DNA of 63,108 nucleotides, the filler included, from Reclinomonas americana ATCC 50394 (taxonomy: Eukaryota), in NCBI GenBank assembly GCA_048213135.1. It is 19 parts of 19 records of this genome, joined end to end, with 100 filler letters (N's around TTAATTAATTAA, not from the genome) between each part and the next. Parts side by side here need not be neighbours in the genome. Positions count along the whole stretch, not along the records: positions 31,423 to 33,324 come from AFZH01020120.1; positions 33,425 to 34,499 come from AFZH01020121.1; positions 34,600 to 36,054 come from AFZH01020122.1; positions 36,155 to 37,244 come from AFZH01020123.1; positions 37,345 to 39,382 come from AFZH01020124.1; positions 39,483 to 42,170 come from AFZH01020126.1; positions 42,271 to 46,011 come from AFZH01020127.1; 12 more parts are not named here. One strand, written 5' to 3'. Positions 32,321 through 43,685 of this stretch are shown piece by piece. Below the pieces are notes generated by a model, which had not been told where the DNA came from, made no database searches, and saw only the letters and a list, made by a program, of their open reading frames with translations. A program made the translations under genes and the position numbers. Position 1 is the first letter of the stretch. The number at the start of each line of letters is the position of its first letter.

Positions 32321-33324
32321 ATGAGCGATACGCCGCGTCTTGGCCTGCCCCTGCTCGCCGCCGGGCAGGCGCAGAAACACGTCACCCACAATGATGCGCT
32401 GATGCGGCTCGATGCGCTGGTGCATCTCGTCGTCGCCAGCCGGACGCAGACCGTGCCGCCGGCTTCACCGGCCGAGACCTCGGCCTATATCGTGCCGGCC
32501 GGTGGCACTGGCGTCTTCGCCGGACATCAGGACGAACTCGCCATCTTCGAGGACGGCGCCTGGAACTTCCTGCCACCGCGCGCCGGCTGGCAGGCCTGGG
32601 TGACGGATGAGGCCGAGCATCATGTCTGGACCGGTACGCAATGGCGCCGCTCGCAGCCGGAAAGCAGCCTGGGAGCGGCGCTCTGGGGCGTGAACACGGC
32701 CGCCGACACGACAAACAGGCTCGCCGTTTCGGCCGATGCCAGCCTGTTCAACCATGCCGGTACCGATCACCGCCTCAAGCTGAACAAGGCGAGCGCGTCG
32801 CAGACGGCGAGCCTGCTCTTCCAGGACAACTGGTCCGGCCGGGCCGAGATCGGGCTCGCCGGCGACGACCAGCTCCGGATCAAGGTCAGCCCCGACGGCG
32901 GGAACTGGACCGAGGCGCTGGTCGTCGACCGGACGACCGGGCTGGTGACCTTGCCCGCCAGCACCTGGGCTCGCGAGATTCCGCGGCAGAACCTGCTGAT
33001 CAACGGCGACTTCCAGATCAACCAGCGCGCCTTCGCCGGCGGAGCGCTGGCGAATGGGGTCTATGGCTATGATCGCTGGAAGGCGAGCGGCGCCAGCAGC
33101 ATGACGCTCGCCGGCGATGTCCTGACGCTGGCGTCCGGCGAGATCGCACAAGTGGTCGAGCGCGCCTTCTGGGGGCTGATGTCCCTGGCTTCGACGACCG
33201 TCACGCTCTCCGTCGAAGCGCCTACGCAGAATCTGGCGGTGACCGTCGGCTCGGCGAGCGGAACGATCGCAGCCGGCGCCGGCCGGCGCAGCATCACCCT
33301 GACCACCGGTGCGGGCGATACCGG
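32321..33324 (+). CDS. DUF2793 domain protein (phage/GTA fibre-like), C-terminus missing
   Basis: TPRLGLPLLAAGQAQKHVTHNDALMRLDAL; GVNTAADTTNRLAV; SGRAEIGLAGDD..KVSPDG; then QNLLINGDFQINQR..YGYDRW. Confidence 0.88.
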
Positions 33325-33424
33325 NNNNNNNNNNNNNNNNNNNNNNNNNNNNNNNNNNNNNNNNNNNNTTAATTAATTAANNNNNNNNNNNNNNNNNNNN
33401 NNNNNNNNNNNNNNNNNNNNNNNN

Positions 33425-34330
33425 AACATCGCCATGTTCGCGATCGGCATCGCGGCGCTGTGGTACTATGCCGGGCTACAATGGCAGAACCGCCCGCCGG
33501 CCTGGCCGGCGGTGAACTGGTCGCTGGCTTTCCTGTCGCTGTTGCTGGCCGTGGCCTATTCCTTCTCCTACGGCATCGGCTGGCACCTGATCACGCGGGC
33601 GATGGGCATCGGGCTGCCGATCGGGACGAGCATCGCTATCTGGGGCTACTCGCTGTTCGGCAAATACGTCCCGGGCAATATCGTGCTCGTGACCTACCGC
33701 ATCGGCGCCTATATGCTGCGCGCCCAGGCGCGGACACAACAGGTGCTCGCCGCCGTCGGCCTGGAGAGCCTGTTCTCGGTCGGCAGCGGCCTGGTCTTCC
33801 TCCTGATCGTCGCGCTGCTGGCGCAGTTCGACTTGGTCTCGGCCTATGTCACGCCGCAACGGCTGGCGCTGATCGTGGCGGGGCTCGCGGCGGTCGGCTT
33901 CGTGCTGCTGCTGCCGCCGATCAAGCGGCGCATCTTCCGGCTGCTCGGACTGGAGGCGGCGGTGGACAGCGTGAACTTCGCGGTGATCCTCGGCCTGCTC
34001 GTCTACTACGTCTCGGCCTGGTGCATCATCACCTTGTCGTTCTGGCTCCTGTGCCGGAGCATGGGGATCGACCAGCTCTCCTGGAGTCGCTGCGCGGCAA
34101 TCTACGGCGCGGCCGGGCTCTCCGGCATCCTGGCGGTGTTCTCGCCATCCGGGCTTGGCGTGCGCGAGGGTCTGATGGTGGCGCTGCTGTCGCAATCGGT
34201 GCCGATCGAGCTGGCGCTGGCGGTTGCGCTGGCCTCGCGGATCAATTCGCTGGTTGGCGACGTCGCGGCGATCGGGGTCGGCTTCGCCGGCTTGCGGGTT
34301 CTGAGCGCGCGTGAGGGCGAGGATGGCTGA
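33425..34330 (+). CDS. Lysylphosphatidylglycerol-synthase TM domain (YbhN-like putative flippase), N-terminus missing
   Basis: Multi-TM protein with GKYVPG and PSGLGVREG..ALASR motifs. Confidence 0.8.
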   Translation, partial: NIAMFAIGIAALWYYAGLQWQNRPPAWPAVNWSLAFLSLLLAVAYSFSYGIGWHLITRAMGIGLPIGTSIAIWGYSLFGKYVPGNIVLVTYRIGAYMLRAQARTQQVLAAVGLESLFSVGSGLVFLLIVALLAQFDLVSAYVTPQRLALIVAGLAAVGFVLLLPPIKRRIFRLLGLEAAVDSVNFAVILGLLVYYVSAWCIITLSFWLLCRSMGIDQLSWSRCAAIYGAAGLSGILAVFSPSGLGVREGLMVALLSQSVPIELALAVALASRINSLVGDVAAIGVGFAGLRVLSAREGEDG

Positions 34331-34868
34331 CAGGGCTCAGATGCACCCGCTCGAAGCTATCGTCGCGCGCGGGCAGTGCATGGGGTGCGGCTTCTGCGCG
34401 GCGACGCTGAGCGGCGCCGCCGAGAGCGTCTCGGTCGCGATGGCGCGCGACGAAACGGACGGCATCTACAGGCCGGTGGTCTCCGGCTGGCAGCCGGGGN
34501 NNNNNNNNNNNNNNNNNNNNNNNNNNNNNNNNNNNNNNNNNNNTTAATTAATTAANNNNNNNNNNNNNNNNNNNNNNNNNNNNNNNNNNNNNNNNNNNNT
34601 GCAGCGCCGCGCCGCCGAGGTCTATGCACAGATCGACGGCAAGCTCGGCGGCACGCCGCCCAAGGTCGCGGTCTACACCGCGCTGCGCGGCAAGGAATCG
34701 GCGACGGCGCGGCGCGTTGCCTGGATCGACATGCTCAAGCTCAAGCTCGACCTCCGCAAACCCGTTCCGGCGATCGTCTGGGTCTGGCAGGTCGCCGAAT
34801 ACCTGATCCTGCGCTTCCCGCTCGCCGAGTTCGGCCGGCGGCTGAAGAACATCGTGTCCAACCGCTGA
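34323..34868 (+). CDS. Fe-S protein, probable F420 hydrogenase/dehydrogenase beta-subunit family; middle lost in the gap
   Basis: N-terminal IVARGQCMGCGFCA..GIYRP. An open frame ending at 34868 on the next contig is assumed to be its C-terminus. Confidence 0.55.
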
Positions 34869-34874
34869 GCCCGG

Positions 34875-36054
34875 TCAGCGCGGCTTGCCGATGCCGATCA
34901 GGCGGCCAGCGCGACTCAGCAGGCCATAGGCGCGCAGCGACCATTTGAGCTGCGCCTCATTGGTCGGGTAGTCCTTGTAGTGGCGCGGGGGTTGGCGGAT
35001 GAAGTCGTCGAGCTCAGCCTCCCCGATGCCGAGCTTCTTGGCGATGAAGGCTTTGTCCTCGGCGAGCTCGTTGTCGGTGACCAGCGGCTTCTCCAGCTCG
35101 GCCAGCGCCTCTTCGCGCGTCATCTGGTCGGTGACGATCAGGCTGGCGAGATGGGCCTTGCGCTTGTCGTAGCCGAATTTCTGCGGGAGGTAATAGGACT
35201 GGTAGAACCGCGTCCAGCGCGACTCGTAATGCTTGCCGCCGTAGTAGCGCCAGCCATACTGGTTCTCCAGATGGTCGATCGCCTCTTTCTTCGAATAGGG
35301 AATGAAGTTGAGCGGCGAGACGATCTCCATCTTCCGGATCTTCGGAAAATAGAAATAGTAGTTGAACAGGGAGATCAGCGGGAAATTGCGCAGCGGCCTG
35401 GTGCCGAACCGCTTGTGGATCGCGACGATATGGCGGGCGTCCATCGCATCGTAGCCCCAGCCCTGCGGCAGGATGCTCTCGGTCGCGAAATTGGTGCCGT
35501 TGATGACATAGCGGATGTCGGCCTTGATCGCGTAGCTGTAGAGCGCGGCGAAGAAGGCATGGTCCTGCGGGATGTCCTGATTGGCGACGTTGGAGCGCAG
35601 GAAGGCGAGCTGGAGGTCCTTCATCGCCTCCCAGTCGACGACATGGGTGACGAGGTCGAGCCCGAGCTTGGAGACGATCTGCTCGATGTTCTTGACGGCG
35701 AGCTCGGAATTCCAGCCGGCATCGACATGCACGACCAGCGGGCGCAGGCCCCATTCGACGGCCTTGGTGGCGAGGTAGGAGGAATCGACACCACCGGAGA
35801 GGCCGATGATGCAATCGTATTCCTTGCCCTGGCCATAGGCCTTGATCTCGGCGAGCTTCGCCTCGAACTCGGCCCAGCCCTCCGGGGTCGGTTTCCAGTG
35901 CGGTCGGAAGACCGTCTCGAAATTACGACAATGGCTGCAGACGCCGGCCTCGTCGAAGGAGATGTCGGGGTCGGTCGTATCCATCACGCAGCGCACGCAC
36001 ATGCGGTAGGGGCGCTTGCGCCCGTCCGGCATCCAGGCGTCGGTGATCAGGGCC
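34875..36054 (-). CDS. wbpG: N-acetyl sugar amidotransferase (WbpG/WbuX family)
   Basis: CVRCVMDTTDP..CSHC, PP-loop IIGLSGGVDSS, HVDAGWN, PQDHAF, YGGKHYES. Confidence 0.9.
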
Positions 36055-36154
36055 NNNNNNNNNNNNNNNNNNNNNNNNNNNNNNNNNNNNNNNNNNNNTT
36101 AATTAATTAANNNNNNNNNNNNNNNNNNNNNNNNNNNNNNNNNNNNNNNNNNNN

Positions 36155-36295
36155 GCCGACGCCGGGCAGGATCAGGCGCTCCGAGGCGCGGATTTCCTCC
36201 GGCGTCGTCACCAGCCGGGCTGCGCCGCAGGCCTTGCGCGCCATGTTCTGGACTGAACTCAGGTTGCCGACGCCGTAGTTGACGATGCTCAGCAT
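36155..36295 (-). CDS. hisH: HisH-like glutamine amidotransferase (LPS-cluster paralogue), N-terminal part
   Basis: MLSIVNYGVGNLSSV..LILPGVG; a hisF-like partner probably lies in the following gap. Confidence 0.85.
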
Positions 36296-37443
36296 GCAGA
36301 GGGTCTCCGCTCGCGCATCAGCTCGTCGAACAGCGCGATCATGGTCCGTTGCTCGTTTTCCCAGTTGAGGAGGCGCGCGGCCGCCAGAGCCTGCGCCTTG
36401 TAATGCATGATCCGGTCGCGGGATAGGCTGTTGACCGCTTCCGCCACCGCATCGGGTTGCAACTTCCGGGCCAGCACACCCAGATCATGGCGCTGGAGCA
36501 GCGTCGCCATCTCCGGGAGGTCGGCGATGCAGAGCGCCAGGCCGGCCATGACGTATTCGAAGAACTTGTTGGGGAGGGCGAGGCGCTTTTGCGGCGAGAG
36601 ATCGCTTTGCACGAACAGCCCGATATCGGCCTGGTTGGCGGCGGGGATGATCTCGCCGAAAGGAACGGCGGGCTCGAAGCGCACGCGCTCCGCCACGCCG
36701 GCCTCCCGGCTCAGCGCCTTCAATGCGTCGAGATAGGTGCTCTCGCCATTGCCGCGGATGGTCAGCCGGTATTCGGGCTTCCAGCCGCGCACGGACTGGA
36801 TCGAGACTTCGAGGCCTCGCTCCGGCCCCACGATGCCGTGGTAGAGGACCTCGATCGGCTCACCGACGGGGCGTAGCGGCATCTGCGCGTAGAATGGCAG
36901 ACTCCTGACCGTGGTGACCGGCCGCTTCAGCGCCTGATCGCGCTCGAGGAGACGGGCGATGCCGTCAGAGACCGTGGTCACGGCATCGGCACGGGCGAGA
37001 TAGTCGTCCTGCAAGGCGATGACAAAGGGACGCTCGCGCGCCATCCAGCCGGGATTGCCGGGATATTCGGCGCGCGAGTACTCGTGGCAATCGACCACGA
37101 AGGCGGCGCCTGTGCGGCGGGCCAGTTCCCCTGCCGGCGGGCATGTATGGTAGTCATGGGCGACGACGAGGTCGGGGCGCAGGCCGGGCTCGCTCTCCGC
37201 AGCCGCGAGAATTTCGGCCTGCGCCGCAGACCAGAGTGGCAAGCNNNNNNNNNNNNNNNNNNNNNNNNNNNNNNNNNNNNNNNNNNNNTTAATTAATTAA
37301 NNNNNNNNNNNNNNNNNNNNNNNNNNNNNNNNNNNNNNNNNNNNCGCTTTCGCCTGCCGCAGTACCCGCGGCTCGTCGGAGACGCCGGTATAGGACAGGA
37401 TCCAGGCCGTGCGTTGAACGGTGCTGGCTCCAGCTACAGTCAC
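36289..37443 (-). CDS. Glycosyltransferase family 4, interrupted by a gap
   Basis: N-terminus (GTG at 37443; ILSYTGVSDEPRVLRQAKA) is on the next contig; body has VAHDY, VDCHEY, LPNKFFEYVMAGL, LNWE. Confidence 0.88.
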
Positions 37444-39382
37444 TGCGAGGTTTCCCGGAGCCGCTCGATGTGGAAGGCGGAGATCGCGCTGGGCTGACCG
37501 CAGCCGCCGTAGAAGCCGACGGCGATGGCATCAGACCGGGCGGGTCGCTGGAACCAGAGCGCCGCCTTCTCGCTCGGCTTCAGCGCGAAATGCATGAAAT
37601 CGGAACTGGCCACGGTGTAGTCTCCGCCGGGCTGGTCGGGGGGGATACGATGCAGAACACGCAGACCGGCGCAGCCGACCGCGGTCATGTCGGCTTCTAG
37701 GCGGTAGACATCGCCTTCGGCGGCGGGCGGCAGCAGAAGCCAGTTCTCGTCGGCATAGGCGTCGAGGCAGCTCGTCCGGGTCATACGCAGGACGATCTGC
37801 CCCCAGTACCAGCCGAAAATGCCGCCATGGACGGTACGCAGGCCATCGCAACGCGACAGCCCCGCCGGGAACATGCTGAAAGCGCGCCGTTCGAGCGGCA
37901 ACGGCGCTGGAAGCTTACCGCGGTAGATCTCTTCAGCGTCGACCCGTCCGGCCTCCCTGGCTACTTCGAACAATGTGAAGACGCTGCCCTCGGACTGTCT
38001 GGCGATCCGCACTAGGTCTCGCCGGGCGAGGAGCTCGCCGACGCCGTTGAGATTGTTGGTCGGACTGGAATAGTTGGGCACGTAGAGATGGTTGATGCCC
38101 TTCTGCAGCAGCAGGCGATGCGCTTCCTCGGCAGTCTTCGTGGCGTAGAGATCCCAGATGCGCGGATCGTAGTTGGAGAAGATCGTGCCTCCGCCATAAG
38201 CGAAGATTTCGGCGTCGCGGAAGGTCAATGTCCTGATCTGCGGACCCTGGTCGGTGCGGGCGAGATCGCGCAGATAAAGCGAAGGTTCGAAATATTCGAT
38301 GCCACCGCCGGTCTGACGGGACGCATCCGCTTTTGCCGCATCGCTTAGGAAGATCAGCGACGGTTTCATATAGAGCGGGTGGATCAGGCTGCGCAGCGAA
38401 CCGAGGCCGTAATAGAGATTGGCGAGCAGCAGAGGCACGAACAGATAGGAGATCGTGGCGTAACCATATCCGCTCGGCAGGCGCGACCGCAGCCAGGCTG
38501 TAAGGCGCCGATAGCTCCGAGCGGCCCAGCTGAGCATCACAAGGCGGCGCTTCCAGAGCCTGCGGGTTCCGAACTGGATCAACCACACGACCGCGCCGGA
38601 GAAGGCAACCGTCACGAGCATTATCAAAGCCTGTAGCAACGACGTGTCGAGCGTCGGCAGCAACTGGCGCAGGGCAGTCCCGGTCGCAGCTAACTCTGCC
38701 GCGAGATCGGGCACGAGCGCATATCCGAGCGAGGCGAGCGCATAGAGGATGAACAGCGGATAGGCGAAGCGATGGCTGAAGAGGCTCGGGAAGTGGCCCG
38801 TCTGCCAGCGCCGGAAGAGGGGCAGTGCGACCAGGATCAGCAGCGCGAGGCCGACGAGCGAGCGGGAGCCGCCCTTGGAGGCGTTGATCAGCGTCCTGAT
38901 CCCGAGCGCTTCGAAGCCTCCGTAAATGCGGATCAGCGGCGGCAGGATGAAAAGGCCGATGGGCGCCAGGATGACCAGCGTTGAGAGGAAAGCGAGTGCC
39001 TGGCGCAGTCTCTGTAGGATGAACTCAGGCTTGACCAGCTCGGCCCAGGTCAGAGGCCGGGAAGAGGCTGTCGGACCGGGGCCTCCGCTCCAGAGGCGCC
39101 GGGCGGCGAGCCAGGCCGACCAACTCAGCAGGAGGACGGGTGGCGCTAGAGCGAGATTGGCAGCCATGGCGACGGCGCCTTCGTTACCCTCGTATTGCGA
39201 GACGAGACCGAAGAGGAGGACGGCCTCGCGCGCGTAAGGGAGAAGAACCTGATAGAGCGCGATGAAGATCGGGGTGACGAAAAAAGCGATGAGGATCTGC
39301 TCGATGCCGGTGAGGACGGGTCGGGGCGCGTTGGCGGCCGCGACGTTCCCAGAGAGCGTTCTGCCTGCCAGTGCCTTCTTCT
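37440..39382 (-). CDS. Large polytopic membrane protein with periplasmic C-terminal domain (GT-C-like), N-terminus missing
   Basis: Frame open to the contig end; many hydrophobic segments, then a soluble domain (EEAHRLLLQKGINHLYV). Family is inference. Confidence 0.7.
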
Positions 39383-39778
39383 NNNNNNNNNNNNNNNNNN
39401 NNNNNNNNNNNNNNNNNNNNNNNNNNTTAATTAATTAANNNNNNNNNNNNNNNNNNNNNNNNNNNNNNNNNNNNNNNNNNNNCCCTGCTCCGGCGAGTGT
39501 GCTCATGCCGGAGCTGAGCCACATTGGGCCGAGCAGAGCGTGCCCGCGAGTTGGCCGTTCGGAAGGCCCGCATCCCTGCGGCGCGGACGCAAGTACGTTT
39601 CAGATCGGCGGCAAGGATGTCGCAAGGTCAACCTGGTGAACTGGCTGCAGAATGGAACAGCGGCTCGCTTAGCCCCGATCGCCGGGCTTGCCAAGCTACG
39701 GCCCCATGAACTAATGCAGGCGCGCCTCGATCAGCCCCGAGCCCCGGCATCCGGAGGCCAGCAGCGGAAAAGTCCCTC

Positions 39779-40522
39779 ATGGAAGAAGATGCGTATGTCG
39801 GGAAGTGGGTCAGGCCGAACAGCGATTCTCCGCTGGAGATGGTCGGGCGCAAGGGCTCGCATGATCTTGACTGGCTCGCTGGTTATATAGTCGAAAAACT
39901 TGCACTCGGCCCCGACGATACGGTTCTCGACGTTTGTTGCGGCAATGGCTTAGTGACGCGCCTTGTGGCGCCACGAGTCAAATCGATGCTTGGCGTCGAT
40001 TTCTCGCATGTATTGCTGCAGCAGGCCGAACAAATCTCCGCAGCGCCAAATTTGCGCTATGCGCAGGCGGATGCGCGTAACCTTCACACCGCGCTGCAGG
40101 GAAACGTCTTCGACAAGGCCTATCTCTGCGCTGCCTTCCAGTATTTCGACGACCAGGCCGGTCGCGAGGTGCTGGCCGGCCTGCGCCGGGCGGTGAAGCC
40201 GGGTGGCGTTGTCAAGATTCTCGATATCCCTGACAAGGCCCTGAAGCGCCAACATCAGGTTCGTTCTGCCGTCCGCATCCTGCTGCCCAGTAGCGGAGAC
40301 AAGAATAGCGGTCGTTTCGCCAGTTTCGGGGAGCGTCTGGGCTATCTTGGCCGGAACGCAGCAAATGTCCTGTTCGGCAAGAAGACGGACGACCTTGGCT
40401 GGTGGTGGTCGCGCGCGGACTTCGTCGCCGCGGCGCGCTCGGCGGGCTTCGAATGTCAGACCCTCGATCAGCCTCGCAATAATCCACACCACACTTATCG
40501 CTTCGACGCCATCCTGAGATGA
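39779..40522 (+). CDS. Class I SAM-dependent methyltransferase (true start may be upstream via a frameshift)
   Basis: VLDVCCGNG..GVDFS..QADA..FQYF..VKPGG. Confidence 0.9.
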   Translation: MEEDAYVGKWVRPNSDSPLEMVGRKGSHDLDWLAGYIVEKLALGPDDTVLDVCCGNGLVTRLVAPRVKSMLGVDFSHVLLQQAEQISAAPNLRYAQADARNLHTALQGNVFDKAYLCAAFQYFDDQAGREVLAGLRRAVKPGGVVKILDIPDKALKRQHQVRSAVRILLPSSGDKNSGRFASFGERLGYLGRNAANVLFGKKTDDLGWWWSRADFVAAARSAGFECQTLDQPRNNPHHTYRFDAILR

Positions 40523-41550
40523 CGAATGTCGATGCCCACGGCGACAACGCCGCCCCCGGCGCGCGCGATGAAGCCGGGGCCGCGAGGCAGACGAACTGGC
40601 TTGCGCGACCATGGGTCAAGCGTGGGCTGACGCTGGGCTATTATGTGCTGGCGGCGATCATTGTAGCCGCGCTGGTGCAGTTCGGCCGGAGCAACTGGGA
40701 CACGATCGCCAGGATGGCCGAGAAGCCGGCCTGGATTTGGCTGGTTGCGGCGGGCCTCTATCTGCTCGCCCTGATTTGCCGCGGCATCTGGTTCGATATT
40801 CTAGCGATGGCGTTCGGAGCCCGCTTGCCGCTTAGAGATTCGGTGGCACTGACCGCATCGGGCCTGCTCGGCAACTATCTCCTGCCGGGCAATACGGCGT
40901 TGCCGCTGCGCAGCCTGTATCTGCAACGCGTGCACGGGTTGAGCTACAAGCGCTTCATTCCGATCGCACTGGCCGCCTTTGTTTTCTCCACAGGCGCCTA
41001 TGGCGTTGCGGTTGGATTACTGGCGCTCGGCGTCGGACCTGTCTCCTCTCATGCCTATCTCGTTGTCGTCTCCCTGTTCGGTTTCGGCGGCGTAGCACTG
41101 GTGCTTCTGCTATTGCTGCCGTTTCCATTTGGAAAGTTACCGATCCTCGGACGATTCATCGACAAGGCCCTGGAAGGTTGGCGCCTCCTGATCGCTTCGC
41201 GGCGGCTGCTCGGTAGCTGGCTTGGCGTCGAACTGATCCGTGCGGGCCTCGACGCGACACTGTTTTGGGCGATGGCACGCATGTTCGACGTTCCGCTCTC
41301 CTTCGGGCAGGCGGCGATCATCACCCTTGTCAAGGATTGCAGCCTGTTCTTTCGGCTGACGCCCGGGGGCTTTGGTGTTGCCGAAGGCGTCCAGGCGTTC
41401 TTCGCCATTGCTTTCGGACTTGATGCGTCCCGCATCGTCCTAGTCGGCTTGGCTGGCCGGGTTGTCGAAATCATCTGCCTGACTGTCGTGACGGCTCTGC
41501 TGATGCCGGCATTGAAACGCAAGATTGGCAATCCGGCCGCGACGCGATGA
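40519..41550 (+). CDS. Second LPG-synthase TM domain (YbhN-like putative flippase)
   Basis: Multi-TM protein with GNYLLPG and TPGGFGVAEG motifs; ATGA overlaps on both sides. Confidence 0.8.
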   Translation: MTNVDAHGDNAAPGARDEAGAARQTNWLARPWVKRGLTLGYYVLAAIIVAALVQFGRSNWDTIARMAEKPAWIWLVAAGLYLLALICRGIWFDILAMAFGARLPLRDSVALTASGLLGNYLLPGNTALPLRSLYLQRVHGLSYKRFIPIALAAFVFSTGAYGVAVGLLALGVGPVSSHAYLVVVSLFGFGGVALVLLLLLPFPFGKLPILGRFIDKALEGWRLLIASRRLLGSWLGVELIRAGLDATLFWAMARMFDVPLSFGQAAIITLVKDCSLFFRLTPGGFGVAEGVQAFFAIAFGLDASRIVLVGLAGRVVEIICLTVVTALLMPALKRKIGNPAATR

Positions 41551-43685
41551 CTATGGTCTATGGTCTGGTCCTGTTGGCTACGGTGCTAACCGTCGGCCTT
41601 GCGGGCTTCAGCCGGTGCGAGGGCAATTCCGCACGGCGCATCGGCGCTGGACTGCTTTGCGCCGCGCAGACGCCGCTGCTGCTGGCCACGTTCGCCATGG
41701 CGGCAGCCGTGCTCCTCCCGGGGCAGAGTGCGGCGATCCGTTGGCTTGCGGTCGCCGGCATAGTGGTTCCGGCCCTGGCGGCTTTCCACATTCGGAGGTT
41801 CAGCGCGGTGGGGCACGGAGGGACGCGCAGCGACCGCTGCTTCACTGTCCTCAGCGCGTTGGTTCTCGGCGGCGGCGCGCTGGCGGTGGTGGTCAAGCTC
41901 GTCGGCATCCTCGCCAGCAACCTGTTCCCGGTCATCGCCAACGATGCCCTGACCTATCTCGCCGAGGCACGGATGTTCGCCGCCTCTGGCAACCTCTTGG
42001 CACTGGTGCATGGGCTGGGTGACCCGGCGAGCGGCGCGCCGCCGACCCATCCGCATACTGGCTTGTTCTCGGTCTATCTCGGGCACGCGCTACTGTTCTC
42101 GCCAGGGCCACAAGCGCCGGGCGAGCCGCTCGGTGACGACATGCCGGTGCGCCTCGCCTTTCAGTTTACCNNNNNNNNNNNNNNNNNNNNNNNNNNNNNN
42201 NNNNNNNNNNNNNNTTAATTAATTAANNNNNNNNNNNNNNNNNNNNNNNNNNNNNNNNNNNNNNNNNNNNTCGGCACGCGCTACTGTCTCGCAGGCGCAG
42301 GCGCAACGTGTTGTGCGTGCGCTGCTCCATTCCCTCTGTGCCTTGCGCTCGCGGTTGTGGGCATGACGATTTTGCTGGCTGCCGGCCAGCGGCATGCGCT
42401 CGCAGCAGGTGCCTTCGCACTGATGGCCTTCTGCGCCTTCCAGACCTTCGAGTACACGAGCTTCGCGAGTTCGCGCGATCCATTCCGGCTGATCCCCTGG
42501 CTTGGGCTGCTGTCGCTACTGATCGAGTTCGTCGCGCGCCGTGGCCTGCCGCCGCTCCTCCATCTCGCCGTCGCCGCGACAGCGGGATGGCTGGCGGCTG
42601 CCCATACGATCAACCTCTACTTCCTCGCCGTGGCGGCGCCGGCCTTCGTCGTCGCGACGCTGCTGCGGCGCGTCCCGATCGGGCAGATCCTGATGATCGC
42701 CGTGGCGGGGCTCGCCGGGCTGGCCCTTCCGCTGATGCACTATGCCGACAATCTGCGCCGCATCGGCAACGTGCTCGGCAACGGGATGAACTATTTCCAC
42801 TATCCCGGCACGGCGCTGGCGGAAGCCTTCCTGCGCTATGGCAACTGGAGCGCCCGCGACCTCAGCCCGCTGGAGGCTCTGCAGAAGATGCTGGAGCAGC
42901 AGGGCTTGCCGATCGGGATCGCCGCCCTGATCGCGACCGTTCTGCTGCTGGCGATCGCTTGGACCGGGCCGCGCGAGCGGCGGACGGTGCCGCTGATGCT
43001 GGTCGCGACCTTCCTGCTCCTGCTGGCGATCCCGCTGATCGAGCTGAAGCGGCTGTTTCCGATCGACATGAAAGAGGCGATGGTTTCGAACTATCGCTAT
43101 GCCTACACCGTTTTTGTGCTGTCGCCGGTGATCATGGGGCTGGCGGTGCAAGGGGCTGTCACCGCAGTCGAGCAGCGGATCAACGCTTGGAGCGGCGTTG
43201 TCGTTCTCGTGGCCGGCATCGCCGCTGCGACATTGCTCGCGCGGGCAGAGCTGCGTCGCTGGCGGGTCTATTCGGCCTGGGATGCGCCGATCGCCTATCG
43301 CGCCCCCTTCAAGGATATCTGTGAGGCAGCGCGTACCTTGCCCAGGGATGCGATATGGCTCTCGGATCGCAGCACGGTGTCGTACGAGTGCGGCATCTGG
43401 CCGGTATTTCTCTATTCCCCGGCGGGCCGTCGTTATTTTCTGCCGGAGACCATTGAGGAGGCGCGCAAGGTGCTTATGGATGACAAGGTCGGGCTGGTCT
43501 CGTTGGAAGAGGCAATACCCGGCTGGTGGCCGGAAACCGCTTTTTACAAGAGCCTGACGCAGTTAGTGGACGACGGAGTTTACGAAAGACGCACGTTCGG
43601 AGCGTGGCAGATTTTTGTCCGGCAACCTGCTAAGGGCGACGCTGCCGCGATCTCAGCTTCACCCAAGGCTTTCATCCCATCATGA
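41547..43685 (+). CDS. Polytopic membrane protein (GT-C-like), interrupted by a gap
   Basis: N-terminal part with ANDALTYLAEAR..HPHT after the first helices; hydrophobic C-terminal part at 42271-43685. Joining the two parts is inference. Confidence 0.65.

Noticed and set aside
36155..36295. Histidine biosynthesis operon
   Set aside because: This hisH sits between a GT4 and wbpG, the known LPS-cluster paralogue context.
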